From NCBI GenBank assembly GCA_002269645.1, contig NIVC01002470.1, forward strand, positions 1 through 64,000: a stretch of DNA of 64,000 nucleotides, written 5' to 3'. The notes under the pieces are model-generated. The model was given only the letters and a program-made list of their open reading frames with translations, had not been told where the DNA came from and made no database searches. Position numbers and translations under genes: made by a program. Shown here in pieces: positions 53,601 through 64,000 of this stretch. The stretch is from Macrostomum lignano. Taxonomy: Eukaryota. How positions within the stretch are numbered: position 1 is the stretch's first letter; every line of letters begins with the position of its first letter.

Positions 53601-56298
53601 GCGCACTGTAGATGTTTTACTAAGTCGGCACTACATATTTCCGAGAGTAGACACAATTTGATAGGGATGCAGGGTTTTTCGTCCGGTTTGATCGTCGTGT
53701 CGCTTTCGTTAGGTTTTAGTCTTTTTGCTCCGGGTATTCGTCCGGTTGGGTCGTCGTGTCGCTTTCGTTAGGTTTTAGTCTGATTTTGCTCCGGATATTC
53801 GTCCGGTTGGGTCGTCGTGTCGCTTTCGTTAGGTTTTAGTCTGATTTTGCTCCGGATATTCGTCCGGTTGGGTCGTCGTGTCGCTTTCGTTAGGTTTTAG
53901 TCTGATTTTGCCTCGGTTATTTGCCGGGTTCTGCTATTGCACTTTCATCCGGTCATTTGTCGGGTTTTATTCAGGGTACTCATCAGTTTGAGTAGCCGAA
54001 GAGAAACCCGAGAAAATACCTGATGTCCTCTACGAAATTCCTGACGAACAACCAGACGAAACTGCCGTCTTCGTCCGTTTTCGAGACCACTTTCCCGAGG
54101 ATTTTCGGGTTTTTAGATAGGAAAAAATGTATTACAAACCGGGCAAAAATCCCGATCGCCTACCGGGCTAAAAACCTGATCAGATGGCCACACGGGGACA
54201 ACAGGTGCGCTGTGGTGGCGTCTGTTGGGGTTTCTGTTCGGGTTTCTGTTGCGGTTTCTGTTGCGGTTTCTGTTGGGGTTTCTGTCGGGGTTTCTGTTGG
54301 GGTTTCTGTTGGGGTTTCTGTTGGGGTTTCTGTTGCGGTTTTTGTTGGGGTTTCTGTTCGGGTTTCTGTTGCGGTTTCTGTTGGGGTTTCTGTTGCGGTT
54401 TTTGTTGGGGTTTCTGTTCGGGTTTCTGTTGCGGTTTTTGTTGGGGTTTCTGTTCGGGTTTCTGTTGCGGTTTCTGTTGGGGTTTCTGTTCGGGTTTCTG
54501 TTGCGGTTTCTGTTCGGGTTTCTGTTCGGGTTTCTGTTGCGGTTTCTGTTCGGGTTTCTGTTGGGGTTTCTGTTGGTGTTTCTGTTGGTGTTTCTGTTGG
54601 TGTTTCTGTTGGTGTTTCTGTTGGGGTTTTTGTTGCGGTTTCTGTTAGGGTTTCTGTTGGCGTTTCTGTTGGCGTTTCTGTTAGGGTTTTTGTTGGTGTT
54701 TCTGTTGGTGTTTCTGTTGGTGGTGTTTCTGTTGGGGTTTCTGTGGTTGTTTTTGTTGGGGATTTTACTAGGTGTTTCGGTGGGTGTTCGGGTTTGGCTT
54801 CAGAGGGTTTCTGTATTTCGAATGTGGTTCCCGAATGTCGCCGGGTTCAGGCCTCTAAGCCCGCAGCCCGCCCCCCCTTCCCCACCTGTCCGCAGGTGCT
54901 GCTGACGCGGTCTCGCCACCGGCGCCACCTCCGCCTTGCGCTGCTGCTCGATCGGCACCAGCGGGACCCCAGCGCCGCATTTAGCGTCATTTCCCGCGCC
55001 CTGGCCGAGCCGGGCCTCTGTCCGGCCGCCCGGCGCGAGCTCGCCCAGCGGGCCGCCTCTTTGGCCGCCCGCACCGGTGTCCCGTCCACCTGTCCGCTGG
55101 TGGCTGCCGCCCTGGCCGAGCAACCGCGGGAGCCGCCGGCGCGAGCGGAAATCTACGGCGCCACCGTCTCGCACAGCCTGCCAGGCAGGGTGAACGTTTT
55201 CCTAGAAAGCGGCGCCGGCGCCGGCGAGGACGCCGTCTGCAGCGTGGAGCGCGTGGCCCTGGACCACTACCGCTCCCTGGACGGGGGCGCCTTTCCGCGC
55301 GGCCTGCACGCCGAGGGGGCGCCATTTCACGCGCTATTTTTCTTATTACAGCGCGAGGCCCTGTTCGCGCCTCTGCCTGGCGCTTTTCTATCGCGCTATC
55401 AGCGCCGAGCGCCACTCGATCTGCGCTATCCGGCCCAGTTTCTGGCCGCCGGCGGCCGGCGAGCGGCCCTCGAGGCGGGGCTGCGGCGACTACGCAGCGC
55501 GGAGCTTCAGGAGGCCGGCCAGCTGGAGCTGCTGATCCGGCAGGAAGCAGAGAGAGACCCGGGACTCCTGCTTGGGGAGCGGGTGAGGACGCAGAATCCA
55601 TCCCGGATGGCACTTTCGTAAACTCTTATTATGGGGATTGCACTCTCACCTGACTGAGGTCATAAATCCCTATTATGGGGATTGCACTCTCACCTGACTG
55701 AGGTCATAAATCTCTATTATGGGGATTTTACCCCCACTTGAGGTCATAAATCCCTATTATGGGGATTTTACTCCCACCTGAGGTCATATATCCCTATTAA
55801 TGTGATTGCACTCTCACCTGAATGAGGTCATAAATCCTCAAGTTCCTTCATCCCCACATCAAAATCCAAATCGAACTCCCGCAGGTGAGCCTGGATGACC
55901 TGTGCAGCCTGGCTGAGGCCCTGCCCCGGGACCTTCTGGCCGGCATTCTGGCCGAGCTGGGGGAGAACTATGACCAGCTGCATGCCGGCATGCCCGACCT
56001 GCTGCTGTGGTGCCCCGCCAGCCGGCGCTGCCTGTTCGCCGAGGTCAAGGGCCCCGGGGACCAGCTGTCCGCCAAGCAGACCCTCTGGCTCGCCCGGCTT
56101 GAGCGCCTGGGCGCCCGCTCCGAGGTCTGCGTGGTGCGCGCCGAGCAGGGCGGCCTTCTGCGGCGCCGGCTGCGGCTCTCCGCGGCCGCCGACCAATCGA
56201 CACAGCCGGAGGCGGTTGAGGAGGCGCAGGCGGAAGCTGCAATGGAGCCGAAGCGACTGCGAGGGGAGCACGAAGATGAGGGACAAGCCGCTGGGTGA
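48053..56298 (+). CDS. FAN1: Fanconi-associated nuclease 1 (FAN1) ortholog, 5 exons, about 846 aa, with VRR-NUC domain
   Basis: Exons: 48053-48472, 50774-51355, 52346-52783 (donor lies in a transposon TIR, see findings), 54896-55582, 55885-56298; all phase 0. Motifs: PYYARWF (FAN1 PYYLRSF), [37 protein letters not shown]...[18 protein letters not shown] (PD-(D/E)xK nuclease). The C-terminus may be spliced further. Confidence 0.9.
48473..49570. repeat. 28-bp minisatellite gactcattgtcctttagtcattggccct (2 x 14-bp subunits) (FAN1 intron 1)
   Basis: The array grows directly out of the donor GTGAGTCATTGGCCCT. Confidence 0.95.
50250..50735. repeat. (GACA)n microsatellite (FAN1 intron 1)
   Basis: Visible; ends about 40 bp before the acceptor. 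Confidence 0.95.
51405..52292. repeat. Two related 20-bp arrays, gatcccattcattcccaatt (51405-52045) and agatcccaatggtcctcact (52090-52292) (FAN1 intron 2)
   Basis: Visible; both share a gatccca core. Confidence 0.92.
52763..54196. mobile_element. Non-autonomous DNA transposon (CACTA/EnSpm-like by its CCC termini and 2-bp TSD), 1434 bp, inserted in FAN1 exon 3
   Basis: 35-bp TIRs at 52763-52797 and 54162-54196 (CCCGTGTGGCCATCCGATCAGGTTTTTCGCCCGGT; 2 mismatches). GA is duplicated at 52761-62 and 54197-98. About 60-bp subterminal tandem repeats at 53680-53910. No transposase ORF. Confidence 0.85.
54222..54765. repeat. 12-bp minisatellite gggtttctgttg (FAN1 intron 3)
   Basis: Begins about 17 bp after the ancestral donor at 54205. 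Confidence 0.92.
55628..55830. repeat. About 44-bp degenerate tandem repeat tattatggggattgcactctcacctgactgaggtcataaatccc (FAN1 intron 4)
   Basis: About 5 copies visible. Confidence 0.85.
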
Positions 56299-56760
56299 CT
56301 CCCAGATCCCTAATCCGCTCTCCCAGATCCGCTGTCTACTCTCTCCCAGATCCCCCAATCCGCTCTCCCAGATCCTCAGTCTACTCTCTCCCAGATCCTC
56401 AGTCTACTCTCCCAGATCCTCAGTCTACTCTCTCCCAGATCCTCAGTCTACTCTCCCAGATCCTCAGTCTACTCTCTCCCAGATCCCCCAATCCGCTCTC
56501 CCAGATCCTCAGTCTACTCTCTCCCAGATCCTCAGTCTACTCTCTCCCAGATCCTCAGTCTACTCTCCCAGATCCTCAGTCTACTCTCTCCCAGATCCCC
56601 CAATCCGCTCTCCCAGATCCGCAGTCTGCTCTCTCCCAGATCCCCCAATCCGCTCTCCCAGATCCTCAGTCTACTCTCTCCCAAATCCCCAGTCTACTCT
56701 CTCCCAGATCCGCAGTCTGCTCTCTCCCAGATCCTCAGTCTACTCTTCCAGATCCTCCGA
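56299..56760. repeat. Pyrimidine-rich array ctctcccagatcctcagtctact immediately after the FAN1 stop
   Basis: Visible. Confidence 0.9.
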
Positions 56761-57281
56761 CCCGTTGCCTAATTTTCGAGAAGCTCCTTGGAGTTTATAT
56801 ATCAAATAAATAGCACACTTTGGCAGGTACGCGTATTTCTTCTGGTAGCAGCAAAAACTTTGAGTTTAAACTGTTTGTATACCGGTTAGTCATAAATTAT
56901 CTGATTGTATTTTTTTTAAATTGACGGAGCATTTGTTTGTAATAATTAGTATTCTAATTATGGCCGGTACTGAATTCAACTATGTTCAGTTCATCCTGTG
57001 CTCTCTCATTGCTGTTTGTTTTCTTTGCTTGAAGGCCAACTGCTTGAAGGCCAACTGATGCGCTTTATTTATTAACAAAGACCGTGCATTGATAGCAATA
57101 AAGCCTGTTGCTATGCGGGCTGTTGCTTCACCTATTTTGTATATTTCAAAGCCTGCGTTATATTGCCTTGACTTCTACTTCCATCCAGCAAAGCTTAGGA
57201 AAAAAAGCCTTAGTAGAACGGCCCAAGGATACTATATGATAGCAGTACTGGCAAAGAATTTTCCTAGGTTAGCTCTTCAAA

Positions 57282-57462
57282 GTTTCTTAGAAAATGTTAA
57301 GTAGGCTGGTTTTCACTGAAAAATACACTACGGAGATAGGAAGTTTCCATTTTTTCAACACGAAAACTGTGTTGAAATCTATGCTGAAATCTGTGCTGAA
57401 ACCTACCTCCGTAGTGTATTTTTTTCGGAAAAAAAGCTGCCTTCTAAAATTTTCTAAGAAAC
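57282..57462. mobile_element. Imperfect foldback (MITE-like hairpin), about 180 bp
   Basis: gtttcttagaaaat pairs with attttctaagaaac; the inner gaaaaatacactacggag pairs with ctccgtagtgtattttt. Confidence 0.6.
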
Positions 57463-57695
57463 GTTGTTTCCCGTCCATCTACTTTAGTAGTCCTTGTAGT
57501 TCTTGAAGAAAATCAAAATCTCTGTTATAAAATGCGCATAAGCTACTAGACTAAAAGAGTAGTGTATGACTGGGTCAAGAGTGACCGTATTTTGGGGCCC
57601 CAAAGCTCTCTGTAGCTGTTTCCTGCTGCCGACCTCTCTAGAGCATCTTCCGCTCGCTTACTGACGCTCCGTCGCGACACGACTGTCGGCACGTC

Positions 57696-58433
57696 ATGAC
57701 GTCGGCTTCGACCACGCCGCCGCCGCCGCCGCCGCGATCATCGAGCGCCGCCGACTGGAAGCCGCGCGATCTCCGCCTGCTGACCGAGATGGTCCTGCGG
57801 CCGCTCAGGGCTGCCGAGGATCTGCAGAACCAGCAGCAGCGGCGCTCCGAGCCCAGCCGCCCGCCGCCTCCGCCTTCGCAGTCGCCGCCTCGGCAGTCGT
57901 TGCCGTCTCAATCGCCGCCTCCGTCGCCTTCTTCGCCTTCTCGCCCGTCAGCCGCTATTGAAATTGTCAACGGCGCCGCTGCTTGCTGCGACAAGTCCGT
58001 GCAGGCAAACTGCCCGACCCCGCTGCCGCCGGCCTCCGAGGCCGCCGCTGCCGCCACCACATGGCTCGTCCCGCTTGACCAGCGGGTGCCGGACCGCTTT
58101 CTGTCCGCCCCCAGCGCCGCCCGGGGCCTGCCGCGCCTCATGCTGGCGGACCCGTCGGCTGCTGCCGCTGCGGCCGCCCTGCCCTCTCCGCTGCCTGCGT
58201 CGCCGCCGCCGCACCCCCGGTCGCAGCTGCAGCAGCTGCTTTCCTCCTCGTCCTCGTCTGGCGCGTCGCTCGCCTCGGCTGCCGGTGTTACCGATTGGAG
58301 AGGCCGCAGCCCGCTGCTGATTGGCGGGTTCGTGCCCGGCGGCTTTGGCGGACTGGCGCCGCAGCACCGCAGCTTGCCGGAAAGATTCCTGACCAGCGGC
58401 GGCCGGCCTAACGGTGCGGCCCGGCGGCAGTGA
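57696..58433 (+). CDS. Orphan Pro/Ala/Ser-rich protein (245 aa, or the first exon of a longer gene)
   Basis: ATG-initiated GC-rich ORF with the low-complexity style of true exons in this window. The TGA overlaps a perfect donor CA|GTGAGT at 58430. Confidence 0.55.
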   Translation: MTSASTTPPPPPPRSSSAADWKPRDLRLLTEMVLRPLRAAEDLQNQQQRRSEPSRPPPPPSQSPPRQSLPSQSPPPSPSSPSRPSAAIEIVNGAAACCDKSVQANCPTPLPPASEAAAAATTWLVPLDQRVPDRFLSAPSAARGLPRLMLADPSAAAAAAALPSPLPASPPPHPRSQLQQLLSSSSSSGASLASAAGVTDWRGRSPLLIGGFVPGGFGGLAPQHRSLPERFLTSGGRPNGAARRQ

Positions 58434-58539
58434 GTGGCCCGGTCTGCTCGCGTCATGGGCGCTAGCTGTTGCGACTCAACTGATTAAGCAGTTTATTTAG
58501 GATGCCCGTTCAGGTGTAACAGGTGTAACATCCAAATCA

Positions 58540-60296
58540 CCATCCCGATTCACCAACCCCAAAACACCCATCCCAAAACAACCACCCCAAAACATCAACC
58601 CCAAAATACTCACCCTAAAACACTCACCCCAAAACACTCACCCTAAAACACTCACCCCAAAACACCCACCCCAAAATACTCACCCCAAAACACTCACCCC
58701 AAAACACTCACCCTAAAACACTCACCCCAAAACACCCACCCCAAAACACCCACCCCAAAACACTCACTTCAAAACACCCACCCCAAAATACTTACCCTAA
58801 AACACTCACCCTAAAACACCCACCACAAAACACCCACCCCAAAACACCCACCCCAAAACACCCACCCCAAAACACTCACCCTAAAACACTCACCCCAAAA
58901 CACTCACCCTAAAACACTCACCCCAAAACACCCACCCCAAAATACTCACCCCAAAACACTCACCCCAAAACACTCACCCTAAAACACTCACCCCAAAACA
59001 CCCACCACAAAACACCCACCCCAAAACACTCACTCCAAAACACCCACCCCAAAATACTTACCCTAAAACACTCACCCTAAAACACTCACGCCAAAACTCT
59101 CACCCCAAAGCACTCACCCCAAAACACTCACCCTAAAATACTCACCCTAAAACACTCACCCCAAAACACTCACCCCAAAACACTCACCCTAAAATACTCA
59201 CCCTAAAACACTCACGCCAAAACTCTCACCCCAAAACACTTACCCTAAAACACTCACCCTAAAACACCCACCCCAAAACACCCACCCCAAAACACCCACC
59301 CCAAAACACTCACCCTAAAACACTCACCCCAAAACACTCACCCTAAAACACTCACCCCAAAACACCCACCCCAAAATACTCACCCCAAAATACTCACCCC
59401 AAAACACTCACCCCAAAACACTCACCCTAAAACACTCACCCCAAAACACCCACCCCAAAATACTCACCCCAAAACACTCACCCCAAAACACTCACCCTAA
59501 AACACTCACCCCAAAACACCCACCACAAAACACCCACCCCAAAACACTCACTCCAAAACACCCACCCCAAAATACTTACCCTAAAACACTCACCCTAAAA
59601 CACTCACGCCAAAACTCTCACCCCAAAGCACTCACCCCAAAACACTCACCCTAAAATACTCACCCTAAAACACTCACCCCAAAACACTCACCCCAAAACA
59701 CTCACCCTAAAATACTCACCCTAAAACACTCACGCCAAAACTCTCACCCCAAAACACTTACCCTAAAACACTCACCCTAAAACACCCACCCCAAAACACC
59801 CACCCCAAAACACCCACCCCAAAACACTCACCCTAAAACACTCACCCCAAAACACTCACCCTAAAACACTCACCCCAAAACACCCACCCCAAAATACTCA
59901 CCCCAAAATACTCACCCCAAAACACTCACCCCAAAACACTCACCCTAAAACACTCACCCCAAAACACCCACCACAAAACACCCACCCCAAAACACTCACT
60001 CCAAAACACCCACCCCAAAATACTTACCCTAAAACACTCACCCTAAAACACTCACGCCAAAACTCTCACCCCAAAGCACTCACCCCAAAACACTCACCCT
60101 AACATACTCACCCTAAAACACTCACCCTAAAACACTCACCCCAAAACACTCACCCTAAAATACTCACCCTAAGACACTCATCCCAAAACACTCACCCCAA
60201 AACACTCACCCTAAAATACTCACCCTAAGACACTCATCCCAAAACACCCACTCAAAACACCCACCCAAAACACCCACCCCAAAACACCACCTAAAA
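58540..60296. repeat. 14-bp minisatellite aaaacactcacccc/aaaacactcaccct with higher-order blocks
   Basis: The marker block acgccaaaactctcaccccaaagcac recurs near 59090, 59605 and 60055. Confidence 0.93.
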
Positions 60297-60699
60297 TCGA
60301 GAGACCCTTATCTCTTTCTATGCATATCGAATTCAATCAGCAATCGTCTTCCCTTGTTGAATTTAAGGCTGCAATTTTTCTTGATGCCAAACTTTGTGTA
60401 ATTTTAACGAGGCCGATGTAACAGAGAAAATTGCTTGCTTTCTGTCTTCCCCTGAGCTTACTGCACTTTTTATACGGTCGCCACAATCAGTTCAATTATT
60501 AACTCAAATCTGTCTATCTACAAATATATTGCTAATTCTAGATTGATGTTTTATACCCATATTTTTATCAACGCGATAAATTTGATGCCTTATGCAAACA
60601 GAGCAAAAATGACTGGTCTCTTGTGCCTCTGTTCCCTTCTTGATGGCTGCTGGCATTTCTATTGCACGCATTTGGTCTACTTCTCCACCTGCATGTACC

Positions 60700-63600
60700 T
60701 GTACCTGTCTATCCATCTACCTGCACACCCACTCACCTGTCTATCCATCTACCTGCACACCCACTCACCTGTCTATCCATCTACCTGCACACCCACTCAC
60801 CTGTCTATCCATCTACCTGCACACCCACTCACCTGTCTATCCATCTACCTGCACACCCACTCACCTGTCTATCCATCTACCTGCACACCCACTCACCTGT
60901 CTATCCATCTACCTGCACACCCACTCACCTGTCTATCCATCTACCTGCACACCCACTCACCTGTCTATCCATCTACCTGCACACCCACTCACCTGTCTAT
61001 CCATCTACCTGCACACCCACTCACCTGTCTATCCATCTACCTGCACACCCACTCACCTGTCTATCCATCTACCTGCACACCCACTCACCTGTCTATCCAT
61101 CTACCTGCACACCCACTCACCTGTCTATCCATCTACCTGCACACCCACTCACCTGTCTATCCATCTACCTGCACACCCACTCACCTGTCTATCCATCTAC
61201 CTGCACACCCACTCACCTGTCTATCCATCTACCTGCACACCCACTCACCTGTCTATCCATCTACCTGCACACCCACTCACCTGTCTATCCATCTACCTGC
61301 ACACCCACTCACCTGTCTATCCATCTACCTGCACACCCACTCACCTGTCTATCCATCTACCTGCACACCCACTCACCTGTCTATCCATCTACCTGCACAC
61401 CCACTCACCTGTCCATCCATCTACCTGCACACCCACTCACCTGTCTATCCATCTACCTGCACACCCACTCACCTGTCTATCCATCTACCTGCACACCCAC
61501 TCACCTGTCTATCCATCTACCTGCACACCCACTCACCTGTCTATCCATCTACCTGCACACCCACTCACCTGTCCATCCATCTACCTGCACACCCACTCAC
61601 CTGTCTATCCATCTACCTGCACACCCACTCACCTGTCCATCCATCTACCTGCACACCCACTCACCTGTCTATCCATCTACCTGCACACCCACTCACCTGT
61701 CTATCCATCTACCTGCACACCCACTCACCTGTCTATCCATCTACCTGCACACCCACTCACCTGTCTATCCATCTACCTGCACACCCACTCACCTGTCTAT
61801 CCATCTACCTGCACACCCACTCACCTGTCTATCCATCTACCTGCACACCCACTCACCTGTCTATCCATCTACCTGCACACCCACTCACCTGTCTATCCAT
61901 CTACCTGCACACCCACTCACCTGTCTATCCATCTACCTGCACACCCACTCACCTGTCTATCCATCTACCTGCACACCCACTCACCTGTCTATCCATCTAC
62001 CTGCACACCCACTCACCTGTCTATCCATCTACCTGCACACCCACTCACCTGTCTATCCATCTACCTGCACACCCACTCACCTGTCTATCCATCTACCTGC
62101 ACACCCACTCACCTGTCTATCCATCTACCTGCACACCCACTCACCTGTCTATCCATCTACCTGCACACCCACTCACCTGTCTATCCATCTACCTGCACAC
62201 CCACTCACCTGTCTATCCATCTACCTGCACACCCACTCACCTGTCCATCCATCTACCTGCACACCCACTCACCTGTCTATCCATCTACCTGCACACCCAC
62301 TCACCTGTCTATCCATCTACCTGCACACCCACTCACCTGTCTATCCATCTACCTGCACACCCACTCACCTGTCTATCCATCTACCTGCACACCCACTCAC
62401 CTGTCCATCCATCTACCTGCACACCCACTCACCTGTCTATCCATCTACCTGCACACCCACTCACCTGTCCATCCATCTACCTGCACACCCACTCACCTGT
62501 CTATCCATCTACCTGCACACCCACTCACCTGTCTATCCATCTACCTGCACACCCACTCACCTGTCTATCCATCTACCTGCACACCCACTCACCTGTCTAT
62601 CCATCTACCTGCACACCCACTCACCTGTCTATCCATCTACCTGCACACCCACTCACCTGTCTATCCATCTACCTGCACACCCACTCACCTGTCTATCCAT
62701 CTACCTGCACACCCACTCACCTGTCTATCCATCTACCTGCACACCCACTCACCTGTCCATCCATCTACCTGCACACCCACTCACCTGTCTATCCATCTAC
62801 CTGCACACCCACTCACCTGTCTATCCATCTACCTGCACACCCACTCACCTGTCTATCCATCTACCTGCACACCCACTCACCTGTCCATCCATCTACCTGC
62901 ACACCCACTCACCTGTCTATCCATCTACCTGCACACCCACTCACCTGTCCATCCATCTACCTGCACACCCACTCACCTGTCCATCCATCTACCTGCACAC
63001 CCACTCACCTGTCTATCCATCTACCTGCACACCCACTCACCTGTCCATCCATCTACCTGCACACCCACTCACCTGTCTATCCATCTACCTGCACACCCAC
63101 TCACCTGTCTATCCATCTACCTGCACACCCACTCACCTGTCTATCCATCTACCTGCACACCCACTCACCTGTCTATCCATCTACCTGCACACCCACTCAC
63201 CTGTCTATCCATCTACCTGCACACCCACTCACCTGTCTATCCATCTACCTGCACACCCACTCACCTGTCTATCCATCTACCTGCACACCCACTCACCTGT
63301 CTATCCATCTACCTGCACACCCACTCACCTGTCTATCCATCTACCTGCACACCCACTCACCTGTCTATCCATCTACCTGCACACCCACTCACCTGTCTAT
63401 CCATCTACCTGCACACCCACTCACCTGTCTATCCATCTACCTGCACACCCACTCACCTGTCCATCCATCTACCTGCACACCCACTCACCTGTCTATCCAT
63501 CTACCTGCACACCCACTCACCTGTCTATCCATCTACCTGCACACCCACTCACCTGTCTATCCATCTACCTGCACACCCACTCACCTGTCCATCCATCTAC

Positions 63601-64000
63601 CTGCACACCCACTCACCTGTCTATCCATCTACCTGCACACCCACTCACCTGTCCATCCATCTACCTGCACACCCACTCACCTGTCTATCCATCTACCTGC
63701 ACACCCACTCACCTGTCTATCCATCTACCTGCACACCCACTCACCTGTCCATCCATCTACCTGCACACCCACTCACCTGTCTATCCATCTACCTGCACAC
63801 CCACTCACCTGTCTATCCATCTACCTGCACACCCACTCACCTGTCTATCCATCTACCTGCACACCCACTCACCTGTCTATCCATCTACCTGCACACCCAC
63901 TCACCTGTCTATCCATCTACCTGCACACCCACTCACCTGTCTATCCATCTACCTGCACACCCACTCACCTGTCTATCCATCTACCTGCACACCCACTCAC
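60700..64000. repeat. Highly homogeneous 32-bp minisatellite ctgcacacccactcacctgtctatccatctac, about 100 copies, running off the window
   Basis: Period 32; essentially one variant position (gtctat/gtccat). Confidence 0.97.

Noticed and set aside
54023-55621. 532-aa ORF as a single protein
   Set aside because: It is a chance fusion of the transposon end, the 12-bp intronic array and FAN1 exon 4 (true start 54896)
58540-60296. Telomeric repeat (CCCTAAAA)
   Set aside because: The motif is embedded in a 14-bp unit and is not a pure tandem; the metazoan telomere repeat TTAGGG is not arrayed here
60504-60716. 70-aa minus-strand ORF as a gene
   Set aside because: It starts inside the repeat, has no recognisable motif and an AT-rich 3' part; kept only as a possible exon in the 32-bp array finding

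Overview
Eukaryotic (animal) genomic DNA with GC-rich, Ala/Pro/Gln-rich exons and introns filled with unrelated minisatellites. This style suggests a free-living flatworm such as Macrostomum (inference only). Splice sites were read by eye and reading phase was checked across every junction. Genes: a small putative membrane-protein gene (-); an intronless CBM20 + C2-like + degenerate GDPD gene (GPCPD1/GDE5-like, probably catalytically dead); a solitary two-exon Ubx/abd-A (Lox4/Lox2)-class Hox gene (-); a 16-exon NALCN gene (1963 aa) with an EEEE pore; a 5-exon FAN1 gene; and an orphan Pro/Ala-rich ORF. A transposon pile lies between the Hox gene and NALCN: a hAT-like MITE, a 5' LTR-PBS-gag fragment, an inverted decayed Ty3/Gypsy gag-pol, and an AT-rich island. 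The most notable observations are (i) a 1.43-kb DNA transposon inserted inside FAN1 coding exon 3, whose terminal inverted repeat supplies an in-frame replacement splice donor, and (ii) intronic arrays that are often seeded on, and multiply, splice signals. Most ORFs in the supplied track are repeat artefacts or antisense shadows.
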